Positions 20,667-30,318 of a stretch of 64,000 bases of DNA are shown one piece after another; position 1 is the stretch's first letter; the number at the start of each line of letters is the position of its first letter. Position numbers and translations under genes: made by a program. The stretch lies in contig CAWJTV010000020.1 in assembly GCA_963845755.1 (NCBI GenBank), positions 416,001 through 480,000 of the forward strand, given 5' to 3'. Source of the stretch: an uncultured Planctomycetota bacterium (GTDB lineage Bacteria > Planctomycetota > Planctomycetia > Isosphaerales > Isosphaeraceae). The notes beneath the pieces are model-generated. The model searched no databases and was not told the origin of the DNA. It was given only the letters and a program-made list of their open reading frames with translations.

Positions 20667-21555
20667 CGATCAGTTCGGTTTCGCTTTCCGGTGAAGGGCC
20701 CCGCGACCGCGGCATGGGGATCGTCCTGGGACGCTTCACACCGTGGGCCAGCCCGACCACGGCCAGGAGGCGGATCGCCCAGTAGGTCGCGTCGAGCTCC
20801 CACCAACGCAGGCCGTGCCGCGCCGAGGTCTGGGAGGCATGGTGGTTGTTATGCCAGCCCTCGCCGAAGGTGAGCAGGGCCACCCACCAGAGGTTCGTCG
20901 AGGTGTCGCGGGTCGGATAGCTGCGGTAGCCCCAGACGTGGGTGGCCGAGTTGACCAGCCAGGTCGAGTGCAACACCAGGCACGACCGGACGAAGCCGCC
21001 CCAGATCAGCCAGGGCAGGCCGCCCGCGGCGTAAAGGGCCGCGAACATCAGGAGCGGTAAGGTGAAGTGGAACCGGTCGAGCACGCGGTGGACCGGGTCT
21101 CGAGCGAGGTCGGGTGCCCACTTCGTGTAGTATTCCGGGACGTGGGTCCGGGCGACTTCGGGCGTGATCCACCAGAGCATATGAGCCCAGGCGAGGCCGT
21201 GGCCGGGGCTGTGGACGTCCTGCTCCTCGTCGGCGTGGGCGTGGTGCTTGCGGTGGTCGGCGACCCAGCCGATCGCCCCTCCCTCCGAGGCACAGCAGCC
21301 GATGGCCGTGAAGAGGTATTCGAGCCACCGAGGCCGAAGGGCGAAGCTGCGGTGCGTGAGGAGCCGGTGGTAGGTTAAGCAGATGCCGAGGCCGGCGGTG
21401 AGCCAGTAGAGGGACAGGCAGACGGCCGCAGCAGACCAGGTAAATAAGGCGGGCAAGAACGCCGCCAGGGCACCGACGTGCAGTCCGGCGATCCAGAGTA
21501 CGGCGGGCCACGCGATGCCAGACAACGCAGGCCGCGGCCGGGGGATCTCTCTCAT
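20620..21555 (-). CDS. membrane-bound delta-9-type fatty acid desaturase
   Basis: Three His boxes HRLLTH, HRKHH, GEGWHNNHH. Confidence 0.92.
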   Translation of the reverse strand: MREIPRPRPALSGIAWPAVLWIAGLHVGALAAFLPALFTWSAAAVCLSLYWLTAGLGICLTYHRLLTHRSFALRPRWLEYLFTAIGCCASEGGAIGWVADHRKHHAHADEEQDVHSPGHGLAWAHMLWWITPEVARTHVPEYYTKWAPDLARDPVHRVLDRFHFTLPLLMFAALYAAGGLPWLIWGGFVRSCLVLHSTWLVNSATHVWGYRSYPTRDTSTNLWWVALLTFGEGWHNNHHASQTSARHGLRWWELDATYWAIRLLAVVGLAHGVKRPRTIPMPRSRGPSPESETELIGVCRRGSGRFTGASD

Positions 21556-21907
21556 GCAGGACTCACGATCGGGAAAAAGCCGAAGTTGATCGCTCCGCGC
21601 CACCGGGCTCGCCGGCGAGACCTCCTCACACGGAGGGGGCGACGTCGGGTGATGGGTTCGCCGACCCCGTCGCCACGACGAGGCGAGGGTGCCGGGATCG
21701 CGCTCTCGCGGGCCTCCGGTCCTCCCACAGCGTGCGCCATCAAAAGGTCGCGACAATTAGAGTATAGAAAGAATCTAATCCAATTCAATAGATCGACAAA
21801 TTTTTTTTGGATAAATCCTTGACATACTGGATTTAAAGCTTCTTGTCTGTTATAGTTCTTGATAAACAGAGGATTTGCACACCGGTGCTGGCTTTTCCTG
21901 GATTGTG

Positions 21908-22129
21908 ATGGTGGGGATGATGGCGAAGCCGGAGCGGAGGAGGCCGGGACGTCCCCGGCGTGAGGCGTCGAGGCGCGAGACGGTCGTCGCGATCAAGGGC
22001 TCGACGGAATGGAAATCGTGGCTCGACGAGTTCTCGACCCATTGCCGGCTGGGGCTCTCCGACACGATCGAGCAATCGCTGGTCTACTACGCCGAGGAGC
22101 GTGGTTACCGGGAGCCGCCCAAGCGTTGA
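21908..22129 (+). CDS. small putative DNA-binding (ribbon-helix-helix-like) protein
   Basis: GRPRR motif, strand VVAIKGS, two helices EWKSWLDEFS / LSDTIEQSLVYYA; start uncertain. Confidence 0.55.
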   Translation: MVGMMAKPERRRPGRPRREASRRETVVAIKGSTEWKSWLDEFSTHCRLGLSDTIEQSLVYYAEERGYREPPKR

Positions 22130-22205
22130 GGGCCTGCTCGACCCCCGTGAGGAGCTCTCTCGTGGCAGCCGGGTAATGCGGGAGTGGTAGGCGAGCGAGG
22201 GCACC

Positions 22206-22586
22206 ATGAAAACGCAGGGGGAAATCGAAGCCGCCATCTGCGAAGGAATCAATCGCTTCGAGCAGGAATACATGGGCCGGGGACCCAAGGACATCCGGGC
22301 GCACTTGATCGGTGATCTCCTCGTCGTCCGACTCCAGGGCGTCCTGACCGCCGCTGAACAGCATCTGGTCAAATCGCTCCCGGCCGAGAAGGGACGAGAT
22401 TTGCTCAAGCAAGTCCGGACCCATCTGCTCGAAACCGCTCGGCCGTTCCTGGAAGCGATGGTCCGCGAGATCACCGGCATAGCGGTGCTCAGCCTGCACC
22501 ATGACATCAGCACCACCACCGGCGAAGAAATCGTGTTGTTCACCCTGTCCGAGCCGGTGCCCGTCCGCGAGACGAGGAAGAAGTAA
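22206..22586 (+). CDS. DUF2294 / MpsC-family protein
   Basis: MKTQGEIEAAI...YMGRGPKDI...DLLVVRLQGVLTAAE...LHHDISTTTGEE. Confidence 0.9.
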   Translation: MKTQGEIEAAICEGINRFEQEYMGRGPKDIRAHLIGDLLVVRLQGVLTAAEQHLVKSLPAEKGRDLLKQVRTHLLETARPFLEAMVREITGIAVLSLHHDISTTTGEEIVLFTLSEPVPVRETRKK

Positions 22587-22851
22587 CTCGCTTGGATCGA
22601 GGATCCCGCGATCGTCGAGATTCATGCCGATTACGCCCACCGGAACCCACGGTGGAGGACCACACATCCTCTCGGAAGGTCACGCCCGCGGATGCTCAGC
22701 CTCCAGATCGCCACGCCGGCCGCATTCTCCCCCGTGCAGAAAGCCGTACCGACCGACGCCAATTCGTCCAGCGTCTCCAGCACTTCGATCGTGCCGCCGA
22801 CGTGGCGGCGCAGCAGCGCTCCGTAGGAGGGCCCGGCGCTCGTAAAGTATA

Positions 22852-23070
22852 TCAAGGGCTCACCTTCGCATCGCCCGAAAAATCGTTGATTTCCCGCTCC
22901 GCCTCGTCTCTCGCGTAGCCATACTTTCGTTGAAGGAGGCTGGAGAGTTGTTCGCGCTTGCCGCTGAATGTCGTCAGGTCGGCGTCTGTCAGCTTGCCCC
23001 ACTTCGCTTTGACCTTCTCCGTGAAATGCTTCCAGTCGCCCGCGATCTCGTACCAGATCATGATTGACAT
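22852..23070 (-). CDS. CsbD/YjbJ-family stress protein
   Basis: IAGDWKHFTEKVKAKWGKLTDADL...GKREQL...LQRKYGYARDEAEREI. Confidence 0.9.
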   Translation of the reverse strand: MSIMIWYEIAGDWKHFTEKVKAKWGKLTDADLTTFSGKREQLSSLLQRKYGYARDEAEREINDFSGDAKVSP

Positions 23071-23282
23071 CCTAACGCGGCACAGCCGCAACCCGAAGGA
23101 TCGGGGGTTCTCCCCTGTGCGCGGGACTCCCGACCCCGCCCCGGACCGACTGCCGTTCTCCCAGGTTATCACAACGTACTCCAGGTTGTGCGCACGACGA
23201 GGATGGAAAGGAATCTCGAGGACTTGCGACACGAGAACGAGTCCAGCAAGCCCCGAGCGACCCGGTGCCTCGACGGACGCCT

Positions 23283-23516
23283 TCACTTGCTCGATTGCGC
23301 GTGCGCATCCGCCGAGTGCTGATGAGCTTGCTCGCTGTGCCGATTCGCGGACTCGGAGTGCTTCTTGGCCGACTCGTGCTCTCCCACTTCGTGGTGGTGG
23401 GCCGCCTCGAGGTGATGATGAGCGGCGGCCGTGTGGTGGGTCGCGGCCCTGTGGTGGTACTCGGCTGGTGTGCGTTTCCTGGTCGTCGCCGAGGCGTTCT
23501 TGGTGGTTGTGGCCAT
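23283..23516 (-). CDS. 77-aa histidine-rich protein
   Basis: GAGGAG RBS; AEYHHRAATHHTAAAHHHLEAAHHHEVGEH; 16 His. Confidence 0.8.
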   Translation of the reverse strand: MATTTKNASATTRKRTPAEYHHRAATHHTAAAHHHLEAAHHHEVGEHESAKKHSESANRHSEQAHQHSADAHAQSSK

Positions 23517-23633
23517 GGTTCGATTCTCCTCTCGAAGGATTGAAACCGCGCTCGTCCGCGTTCCGTTCATGACTAACCGGCCAGCCCGCAGAATCGCCGT
23601 TTCTCGGCGAAGGCCGAACAGTAAGCCTCAAGC

Positions 23634-23741
23634 AAAAAAAAAGACGTGGAGGAATACCCTGAGGCATTCGACCACGCCGGCTTACTCGTTGACGAGCCCC
23701 CCGGTCCGGCCGGATTGCTCTTCATCTAGTCGTCCGACGAC
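23634..23741 (-). promoter_or_regulatory. conserved structured leader RNA with terminator, copy 3
   Basis: Minus strand GUCGUCGGACGACUAGAUGAAGAGCAAUCCGG...CCGGGGGGCUCGUCAACGAGUAAGCCGGCGUGG...CCACGUC then U run; upstream of the His-rich gene; base of terminator stem eroded. Confidence 0.78.
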
Positions 23742-23958
23742 ACCTACTTTGATTCTCAACCGCGCCGACCGGTAATACCGAATCGGCACCGAGTTCGCCT
23801 CTCATTATGACGCGCGGTGCTGAGGTAGCAAGGAAATTCTTTTAATTCTTGTTTATGAAGGTCCCTCGATAGCCAAGTAGCGGGCGATTGGCGCGCGGGC
23901 ACCATCCGCGACAGGCCGGATCCGAGCCATCCGAGGAAAGCCGCACCTTGGAGGCCCG

Positions 23959-24132
23959 GTGAGAACGTTCAGAGAGATCGAAGCCGCGATCTCTGATGGG
24001 ATCGTTCCGATCGATCACTGCGAGCAGGAATGGACAGGGGGACTCAGAGATACTGACAGGCACTCCCGTGGTGATCTCCTCGTGGGCCGTACGCGGCCCG
24101 ATGATAGCCGGGAAAAACTCCGAAACGCATGA
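23959..24132 (+). pseudogene. decayed DUF2294 remnant
   Basis: GGAGG RBS + GTG; RTFREIEAAISDGI...EQEWTGGLRDTDRHSRGDLLVGR aligns with KTQGEIEAAICEGI...EQEYMGRGPKDIRAHLIGDLLVVR; stops after 57 codons. Confidence 0.7.
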
Positions 24133-24664
24133 CGGCACGGTGCACGAAATGGGCTTAGCGATCAGGCTGAGCGTTTGATGTCTGTGGATTCGACTCCCAC
24201 CTCGGCGACGGGACACCAAGCAACAAGCCCCTTGGCTATAAAAGGTTGCGTCAACGACGCCTGTCTGGCGAGCCTGTGTGGGTACGCCGTGGTACCTCCA
24301 GCCCGGCGAAGGGCGTGTGTTCTCGTCTTCTCTCCGATGGCGGGATCTGATAAACCCTACCCGAATCGACGCGGCCGCGCGGCTTTCAGGGAGGAGGCCA
24401 TGGCCGAACCGACATGCCGTAAATCACGGCGTCGAGCCCGAACTGGTTCTCCGGAAACTTTGGGCCGGCGCTGAACCATGTCGCCAGTTCGAGGCGCGCG
24501 ACCCGGTATGAGACGTCGGCCAACCCCCTTCAAGGGATTCTCGCATCCCGTCGGATACCCGCCCGACGGTATGGGTTCCGACCGTTTCGGACATCTGGGG
24601 GAGCAGGCATCTCCCTCCGGGTTCGCGACCGACCCCGGCCTACCGAATCTCGAAGGATCGAGTC

Positions 24665-26122
24665 ATGGTCTTTACCACTCATCTATTCATTTTCTATTAT
24701 TTGTCGTTCTTCCTGATCATCTACTATCTCCTCCCTTTCCGCGCGCGGACCGCGCTGATCGCGCTCGGAAGCTATTTGTTCTACGGCTGGGCGAACCCAA
24801 TCTGGGCCTTGCTGATGTTCTTGAGCTCGGGGGTCGATTACGTCTGCGGCCTGTCGCTGTTGCGGCTCTCGGGACTCCCGTCGGAAGGTGGTCTGCCACC
24901 GATCCTGAGTAAGGACCGACCGCGAAGCGGGATGCAAACGGCGATTCTGGTCGCCTCGATCGTGTCCAACATGGGCCTCCTGGCCTACTTCAAGTACACC
25001 GGCTTCGTGGCGGAGAACTTGAACGCCCTGTCGCAGCTCTTGGGGCAGGGGAACGACCTCGTGCCGGCGCTCCAGATCGTCTTGCCAGTGGGCATCTCGT
25101 TCTACACGTTCAAGTCGATGAGTTACGCGATCGACGTCTACCGCGGTGATGCGCGGCCGATGACCAACTTCATCGACTTCTGCTGCTTCGAGGCGTTCTT
25201 CCCGGACCTGGTGGCCGGGCCCATCGTCCGATACGGGGCGATCGAGCAGCAGATGCGTCAGCGAAGCCACACGGCCGAGAAGTTCGCCCGCGGCGTCGTC
25301 TTCTTCGCATTCGGGATGGCCAAGAAGATCCTGATCGCCAACCCGCTGGCGCAGGTTGCCGACGCAGCCTTCGGCGCCGGCGGACTGCACTGGTATGACG
25401 CCTGGTATGGGATCGTGGGCTACGCCTTCCAGATCTATTTCGATTTCTCGGGCTATTCCGACATGGCCAGCGGGCTCGCACTGATGATGGGGTTTGTCCT
25501 GATCCAGAATTTCGACTCGCCCTATCGGTCGGAGAGCATCACCGACTTCTGGCGACGGTGGCACATCAGCCTGTCAACCTGGCTCCGCGACTACCTGTAT
25601 ATCCCGCTGGGCGGCAACCGCCGGGGCCCGCTCCGCACCTACGTCAATCTGATGACCGTGATGCTCATCGGCGGATTGTGGCACGGAGCCAGCTGGAACT
25701 TCGTGATCTGGGGCGCGATCCATGGCGCGATGCTGGCCTTCGAACGAATGCAGGGCAAGCAGGGCTCGTACGGGCGTCTGCCGCAACCCGTGCGAGTCGG
25801 CCTGACCTTCGGCATCGTCTGCATCACCTGGGTCTTCTTCCGCGCACGGACCCTGCCGCAGGCGTTGACGTATCTCGCCTGCCTCCTCGGCCTGGGGTCG
25901 GCTCCCGCCGGCGGAGATGCAGTCGCAGCAGTCATGTACACAAATTACCATGCCATGATCTTTGCGTTGGCCGCAATACTCGTCTGGCAGTCGCCCACTT
26001 CCTGGGTCTTCTCTCGGAGAATCACCTGGGCGCGCGCTGGGTATGCGAGCGCCCTGCTCCTGCTCTCCATGGCCTTCATGTGGACGCAGAGCGCGAATCC
26101 GTTCATCTACTTCCAGTTTTGA
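24665..26122 (+). CDS. MBOAT family O-acyltransferase (AlgI-like)
   Basis: LPVGISFYTF, FQIYFDFSGYSDMA, FWRRWHISLSTWLRDYLYIPLGG, GLWHGA, NPFIYFQF. Confidence 0.92.
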   Translation: MVFTTHLFIFYYLSFFLIIYYLLPFRARTALIALGSYLFYGWANPIWALLMFLSSGVDYVCGLSLLRLSGLPSEGGLPPILSKDRPRSGMQTAILVASIVSNMGLLAYFKYTGFVAENLNALSQLLGQGNDLVPALQIVLPVGISFYTFKSMSYAIDVYRGDARPMTNFIDFCCFEAFFPDLVAGPIVRYGAIEQQMRQRSHTAEKFARGVVFFAFGMAKKILIANPLAQVADAAFGAGGLHWYDAWYGIVGYAFQIYFDFSGYSDMASGLALMMGFVLIQNFDSPYRSESITDFWRRWHISLSTWLRDYLYIPLGGNRRGPLRTYVNLMTVMLIGGLWHGASWNFVIWGAIHGAMLAFERMQGKQGSYGRLPQPVRVGLTFGIVCITWVFFRARTLPQALTYLACLLGLGSAPAGGDAVAAVMYTNYHAMIFALAAILVWQSPTSWVFSRRITWARAGYASALLLLSMAFMWTQSANPFIYFQF

Positions 26123-26123
26123 G

Positions 26124-27816
26124 ATGATCCATGCCGATTCTCAAGGATGGCCAGAAGCGGCGAGCGCGACTGACCCGGCTCTTTCCCAGCCCCGGCCAGA
26201 CCAGGTCGGCGGCGCGCAGGATGACCTGAGCCGCGGCATCCTGACGACGGAGATCCACCCTCTCCTCGCCAGGGTACTGACGATTGGTTTTCTCGCGTTG
26301 ATCGTCGCCGTGCCGGTCATTCAGACGACTCTCGAGCTGGTTCGCCGGTCGAGGATTCAGGCCCTGACGGTCTTCACCCGGGTTCCCACGCGAGCAAATC
26401 TCGACGAGTTTGAGAAGGACCTCACCCGGCAGTCGTTCGCCCGCCAGATCGTGAAGCCGCGAATGCAGTTGAACCTCAGCCGCGACCTGGGTTTCGGTTC
26501 GACCCAGGTAATCCTGGGGCGCGAGGGCTGGCTGTTCTACCGGCCAGGCGTCGACTGGCTGGCAGGTCCCGGCCTGCTCGATGCGACTCGTCTGGCGCTG
26601 CGTTGAACGGGACCTCATCGAGGCGGGCGAGGCCAACCCGTCTCCCGACCCGATACCGGCGATCCGCGCCTTCCACCAGGATTGCCAGGAGGCCGGCGTT
26701 CATCTCGTGGTGGTGCCGGTGCCCGACAAGGCGACGCTCCAGCCGGTCGAGCTCACATCGCGCTTCAATCGAGAAGGTCCGGCCGAACTCCCCGCCAACG
26801 TCGACTACCCGCGTTTCCTGGATGTTTTGCGGTCCTCCGGCGTGGATGTCTTTGATCCCAGCCCGAAACAGGTTAGCTCGGGCGAGCCGCCGCGCTTCTT
26901 ACGCCAGGATACGCACTGGACTCCGGAATGGATGGAAGCCGTGGCCCGCGACCTTGCAAATCACCTGAGGGCCCGAAACGCAGCCTTGCGCGCCACGACG
27001 CATCCGTGGCTCGTCCAGGAGACGCCGGTTAGCCGCGTGGGCGACCTCGTCGACATGCTCGAGCTGTCCGATGACCAGCAACTCTACTCGCCGCAAACAG
27101 TAACGATCCATCGGGTGCTCGACCCCGGCAACGGCCGCCAATGGCAGCCGCGAGCGGAGGCGGACGTGCTGCTCCTTGGAGATAGTTTTAGCAACATCTA
27201 CGGAACGCCCGACCTGGGCTGGGGAGAAGGTGCGGGATTCCCCGCCCAGCTCGCGCGATTCCTTGGCCGTGACGTCGATGCAATCGCCCGCAGCGGCTCG
27301 GGCGCCACGGCGACGAGGCGCGAGCTCGCGCGCCGGCCGGACCCGCTGAAGGGTAAGACCGTACTCGTCTGGGAGTTCGCCGTCAGGGAATTGCTGCAGG
27401 CCAATTGGGAAGTGGTGCCGATGCTCGCAACACGCTCCGGTACCCCGGCTCAACGGCCCGTTCAGGCTTCGTCGGCGAATCTGGCACCCCTTCTCCTGGA
27501 AGGCACGATCGTGGCCGCGTCGCGCGTGCCCCGGCCCTACACGGTCCCTTACAAGGACTGTCTCACCTACGTGAAGCTGCGCGTTGACCGGGTGGTGGAG
27601 GGGACGCACGAGGACGATCAGGTCATTGCCGTCTTCTGGGGGATGAAGGACAACGTTCGACTTCCCGCAGCCGACTATCCCGTGGGGACGCGACTCCAAC
27701 TGAAACTCGTACCCATGCGAAAGGCACCCGACACCCTGAGAACCGCGCGGAGCAGCGACGACCTGGATGACTACCAGCACCAACCTTTCTACGTTCTCGA
27801 GGAGCACGCTCTATGA
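26124..27816 (+). CDS. AlgJ/AlgX-like SGNH acetyltransferase with extra C-terminal domain (frameshift ~26600)
   Basis: GREGWLFYRP in the first frame; VPVPDK, DTHWT, LLGDSF, VWEFAVREL in ORF 26581..27816. Confidence 0.85.
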
Positions 27817-29012
27817 GACGGGGGAATCGATCAATCGTCGCGACGATCGGCGGACTGTGCCTGGTGGCGGCGCTATCCGTCGTGGTTCGCGCGCGGTGGG
27901 GTTCGCACGCCTCACTGGGGCGACCGAGCCTGCCCGTTCCTGCGACCTCGAATCGAGCAACCGCGCGGCAAGCACGGGCCGCCGCGATCCGCGAGACGAT
28001 GGAGACAATCCGGGCGGAATGCCAGCGCCAGGCGGGCGGCGATTGGGGTCGATGGTCGCATCAATTGGAGTCGCTCCGGGCCAATCTCACCGAGAGAATC
28101 CACGCGGCAAAGCCCTACAATCCCAAGGCCACCGGCTACTTCGAAGCACGATCGTCGGTCCTCGAGGGGAAGGACGCGTTTCCTCTCGTCGAGTCGGCTC
28201 CGGATCAGTACTTGCTGCATGTGGTCGAGCCTTCCTGCCTGGATGCCTTCCGCAAGGAGCGACCCGTTGTCGCCGGAGCACGCTGGCTGAAGCAGAAAGG
28301 GATCGACGTCCTCTTCGTGGCGGTGCCGAAGATGACCGAAGTCTACGCGGAGCACTTCACGGATCCCTGCCCGAGCGACCGGATCATCGCTCCTCAGGTA
28401 CGCCAGGCGTTACTCGAGCTGCTCGAAGCCGATGTCGAAGTCGTGGACTTGTGGTACGCGTTCCAGGAGGAACGAGACAAGGATACCCAGCCGCTCTACC
28501 TGCCCGCGGACCCTCACTGGGCACCGCGAGCTCACGAGATCGCCGCGCGCTTGATCGCCGCGCGCTTGCGGCGATACGAGTTCGTCTCGAAAGCGCAGGA
28601 CTCACCGGCCTTCTGCGAGTCGGCAAGGGTTCCCTATTTCCCCGTCAGCACTGGCGCCACGTTCCAGGCATTGAATCCCGACCAGCAGCGACGGGCGGAG
28701 GAAGTCCAGCCACGTTGGTATCTCACCTCGAAGAACTGCAAGAGTCCACAATTCGACGATTCCGCCCCTGTGGCTTGCATCGGCGACAGCTACAACGGAT
28801 GGTTCATGGATGCACTGAGCCGCGAGCTCAACCTCCCGATAAAGAACCTCACCGGCGGCGGTAACACGACTCAGGCGTTCAAGGAGTTCCTGCGAGATCC
28901 CGAGCTCCTCAAGGACTGCAAGGTCTTGATCTGGCTCGTCTGCAATTCCAGCCTCAAGAACCCGTGGCCCATGCCGCCACAAATCCGCGAAACCTCCGAT
29001 CGAGATGACTGA
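27813..29012 (+). CDS. second AlgX/AlgJ-like SGNH-type protein
   Basis: FVAVPK, DPHW, CIGDSY; ATGA-coupled to the previous gene. Confidence 0.7.
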   Translation: MRRGNRSIVATIGGLCLVAALSVVVRARWGSHASLGRPSLPVPATSNRATARQARAAAIRETMETIRAECQRQAGGDWGRWSHQLESLRANLTERIHAAKPYNPKATGYFEARSSVLEGKDAFPLVESAPDQYLLHVVEPSCLDAFRKERPVVAGARWLKQKGIDVLFVAVPKMTEVYAEHFTDPCPSDRIIAPQVRQALLELLEADVEVVDLWYAFQEERDKDTQPLYLPADPHWAPRAHEIAARLIAARLRRYEFVSKAQDSPAFCESARVPYFPVSTGATFQALNPDQQRRAEEVQPRWYLTSKNCKSPQFDDSAPVACIGDSYNGWFMDALSRELNLPIKNLTGGGNTTQAFKEFLRDPELLKDCKVLIWLVCNSSLKNPWPMPPQIRETSDRDD

Positions 29013-29109
29013 TCCGTCAATCCGGTATGTCGCGCGAGAAACGATAGAGTGTCCTCTTGCCCACAACCGGCCCTCCAGGACACATCGCCCCGCCGGTCCA
29101 CCCTCGCGG

Positions 29110-30318
29110 TCAAACAGATTCGACCGAGGCCATCGACCTGTCACGAAAGGCCGACATCCGGCTCATGATGACGGGGAAGCACAACAGGTAGAGTCCGGCT
29201 CCCACGACCCAGACCAGGCCGGGTGCCGAAGCGGGTGAGGCGGAGTAGATACTGGTGGCGGCGATCGGACCGACCACCTCGGTCAGGCTGAGGATGCTGA
29301 CCAGCGTCCCCTGCAACTCGCCCTGCCGCTCCTCTTCAACCTGTCTGGACAGGAGCGATTGGAAGGCCGGCATCGCGATCCCGCCCGCAGTGAAAAGGAT
29401 CAGGATCGGGAAGACCATCCACCCTTTCGTGACCAGCGCCATCGCGATGAACGCCAGGCTGTCGGACACAACACCCAGGATGATCGCGCCTCGTTCGCCG
29501 AGGTGATGGGTCGCTGGCCCGGTGAAGAACGCCTGGGCGATCGCGTGGAGGATCCCAAACGCGGCGAAGGTTAGGCCGACCATCCAAATGTCCCAGCCGA
29601 ACCTGTCCTCGCCATGGACGATCCAGAGCGACCCCGGTATCTGGCCGATCAACTGGATCATGAAATAGATCGTCAAGAGAGGCAAGAGGGTGCGGTTCCC
29701 GCGGATCGACAACAGCGGAGCGAAGAGGTTTCGAGGCCTCGGCTCAGATTCTCCTCTTCCCATCAGGTGGGACTCCGGGAGCGTCGAGAACCCGAGCAAC
29801 AGGTTCAAGCCGTTGAACAGCGCGGCGAGCAGAAATGGGTATCGCGGCGACAGGCTGCCGACCAGGCCGCCCAGGAGCGGGCCGGCGATGAAGCCGAGGC
29901 CAAAGCAGGCGTTCATGTACCCGAACCGCCTGGACCGCTCGTCCGGGCCGGAGATGTCGGCGATGTAGGCCGTGGCGACGGCCATGTTGGCCCCCGTCAG
30001 CCCCGCGAAAATCCGGCCCAGGTAGAGCACCCAGAGGAGAGGCGATAGACCCATGATCAGATAGTCGACCGCGGCCCCGGCCAGCGAAACCAGCAGGACC
30101 GGCCGGCGGCCGAAACGGTCACTCAGTCGGCCGAGCACGGGCGAGAACAGGAACTGCATGAAGGGGTAGATCGCCATGAAGTAGCCGAAGCGGCCGGCGA
30201 TCTTGCTCTCGTGCGACAGTTCGCGGAGTAGCGAAGGGATCACCGGCAACGCCAGGCCGATCCCGACGGCGTCGAGGGTGACCGTCGCCAGGATGACGAT
30301 CAGGGCCCGATTGACCAA
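29110..30318 (-). CDS. tetA: TetA-like tetracycline efflux MFS transporter
   Basis: NRALIVILATVTLDAVGIGL, motif A GRLSDRFGRRPVLL, GRIFAGLTGA, AYIAD, GFIAGPLLGG, EDRFGW, QGELQG; hallmarks of Gram-negative TetA classes. Confidence 0.8.
   Translation of the reverse strand: MVNRALIVILATVTLDAVGIGLALPVIPSLLRELSHESKIAGRFGYFMAIYPFMQFLFSPVLGRLSDRFGRRPVLLVSLAGAAVDYLIMGLSPLLWVLYLGRIFAGLTGANMAVATAYIADISGPDERSRRFGYMNACFGLGFIAGPLLGGLVGSLSPRYPFLLAALFNGLNLLLGFSTLPESHLMGRGESEPRPRNLFAPLLSIRGNRTLLPLLTIYFMIQLIGQIPGSLWIVHGEDRFGWDIWMVGLTFAAFGILHAIAQAFFTGPATHHLGERGAIILGVVSDSLAFIAMALVTKGWMVFPILILFTAGGIAMPAFQSLLSRQVEEERQGELQGTLVSILSLTEVVGPIAATSIYSASPASAPGLVWVVGAGLYLLCFPVIMSRMSAFRDRSMASVESV

Noticed and set aside
16780..23741. 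Leader RNA as a c-di-GMP-I, guanidine-I, fluoride or TPP riboswitch
   Set aside because: There is only a superficial GGGCAA-CC...GG likeness to c-di-GMP-I. The GAAA tetraloop, GCAAA element and hallmarks of the other classes are absent, so it is left unassigned.
16780..23741. CRISPR array
   Set aside because: Copies are ~108 nt, kilobases apart, with no repeat-spacer pattern and no cas genes.
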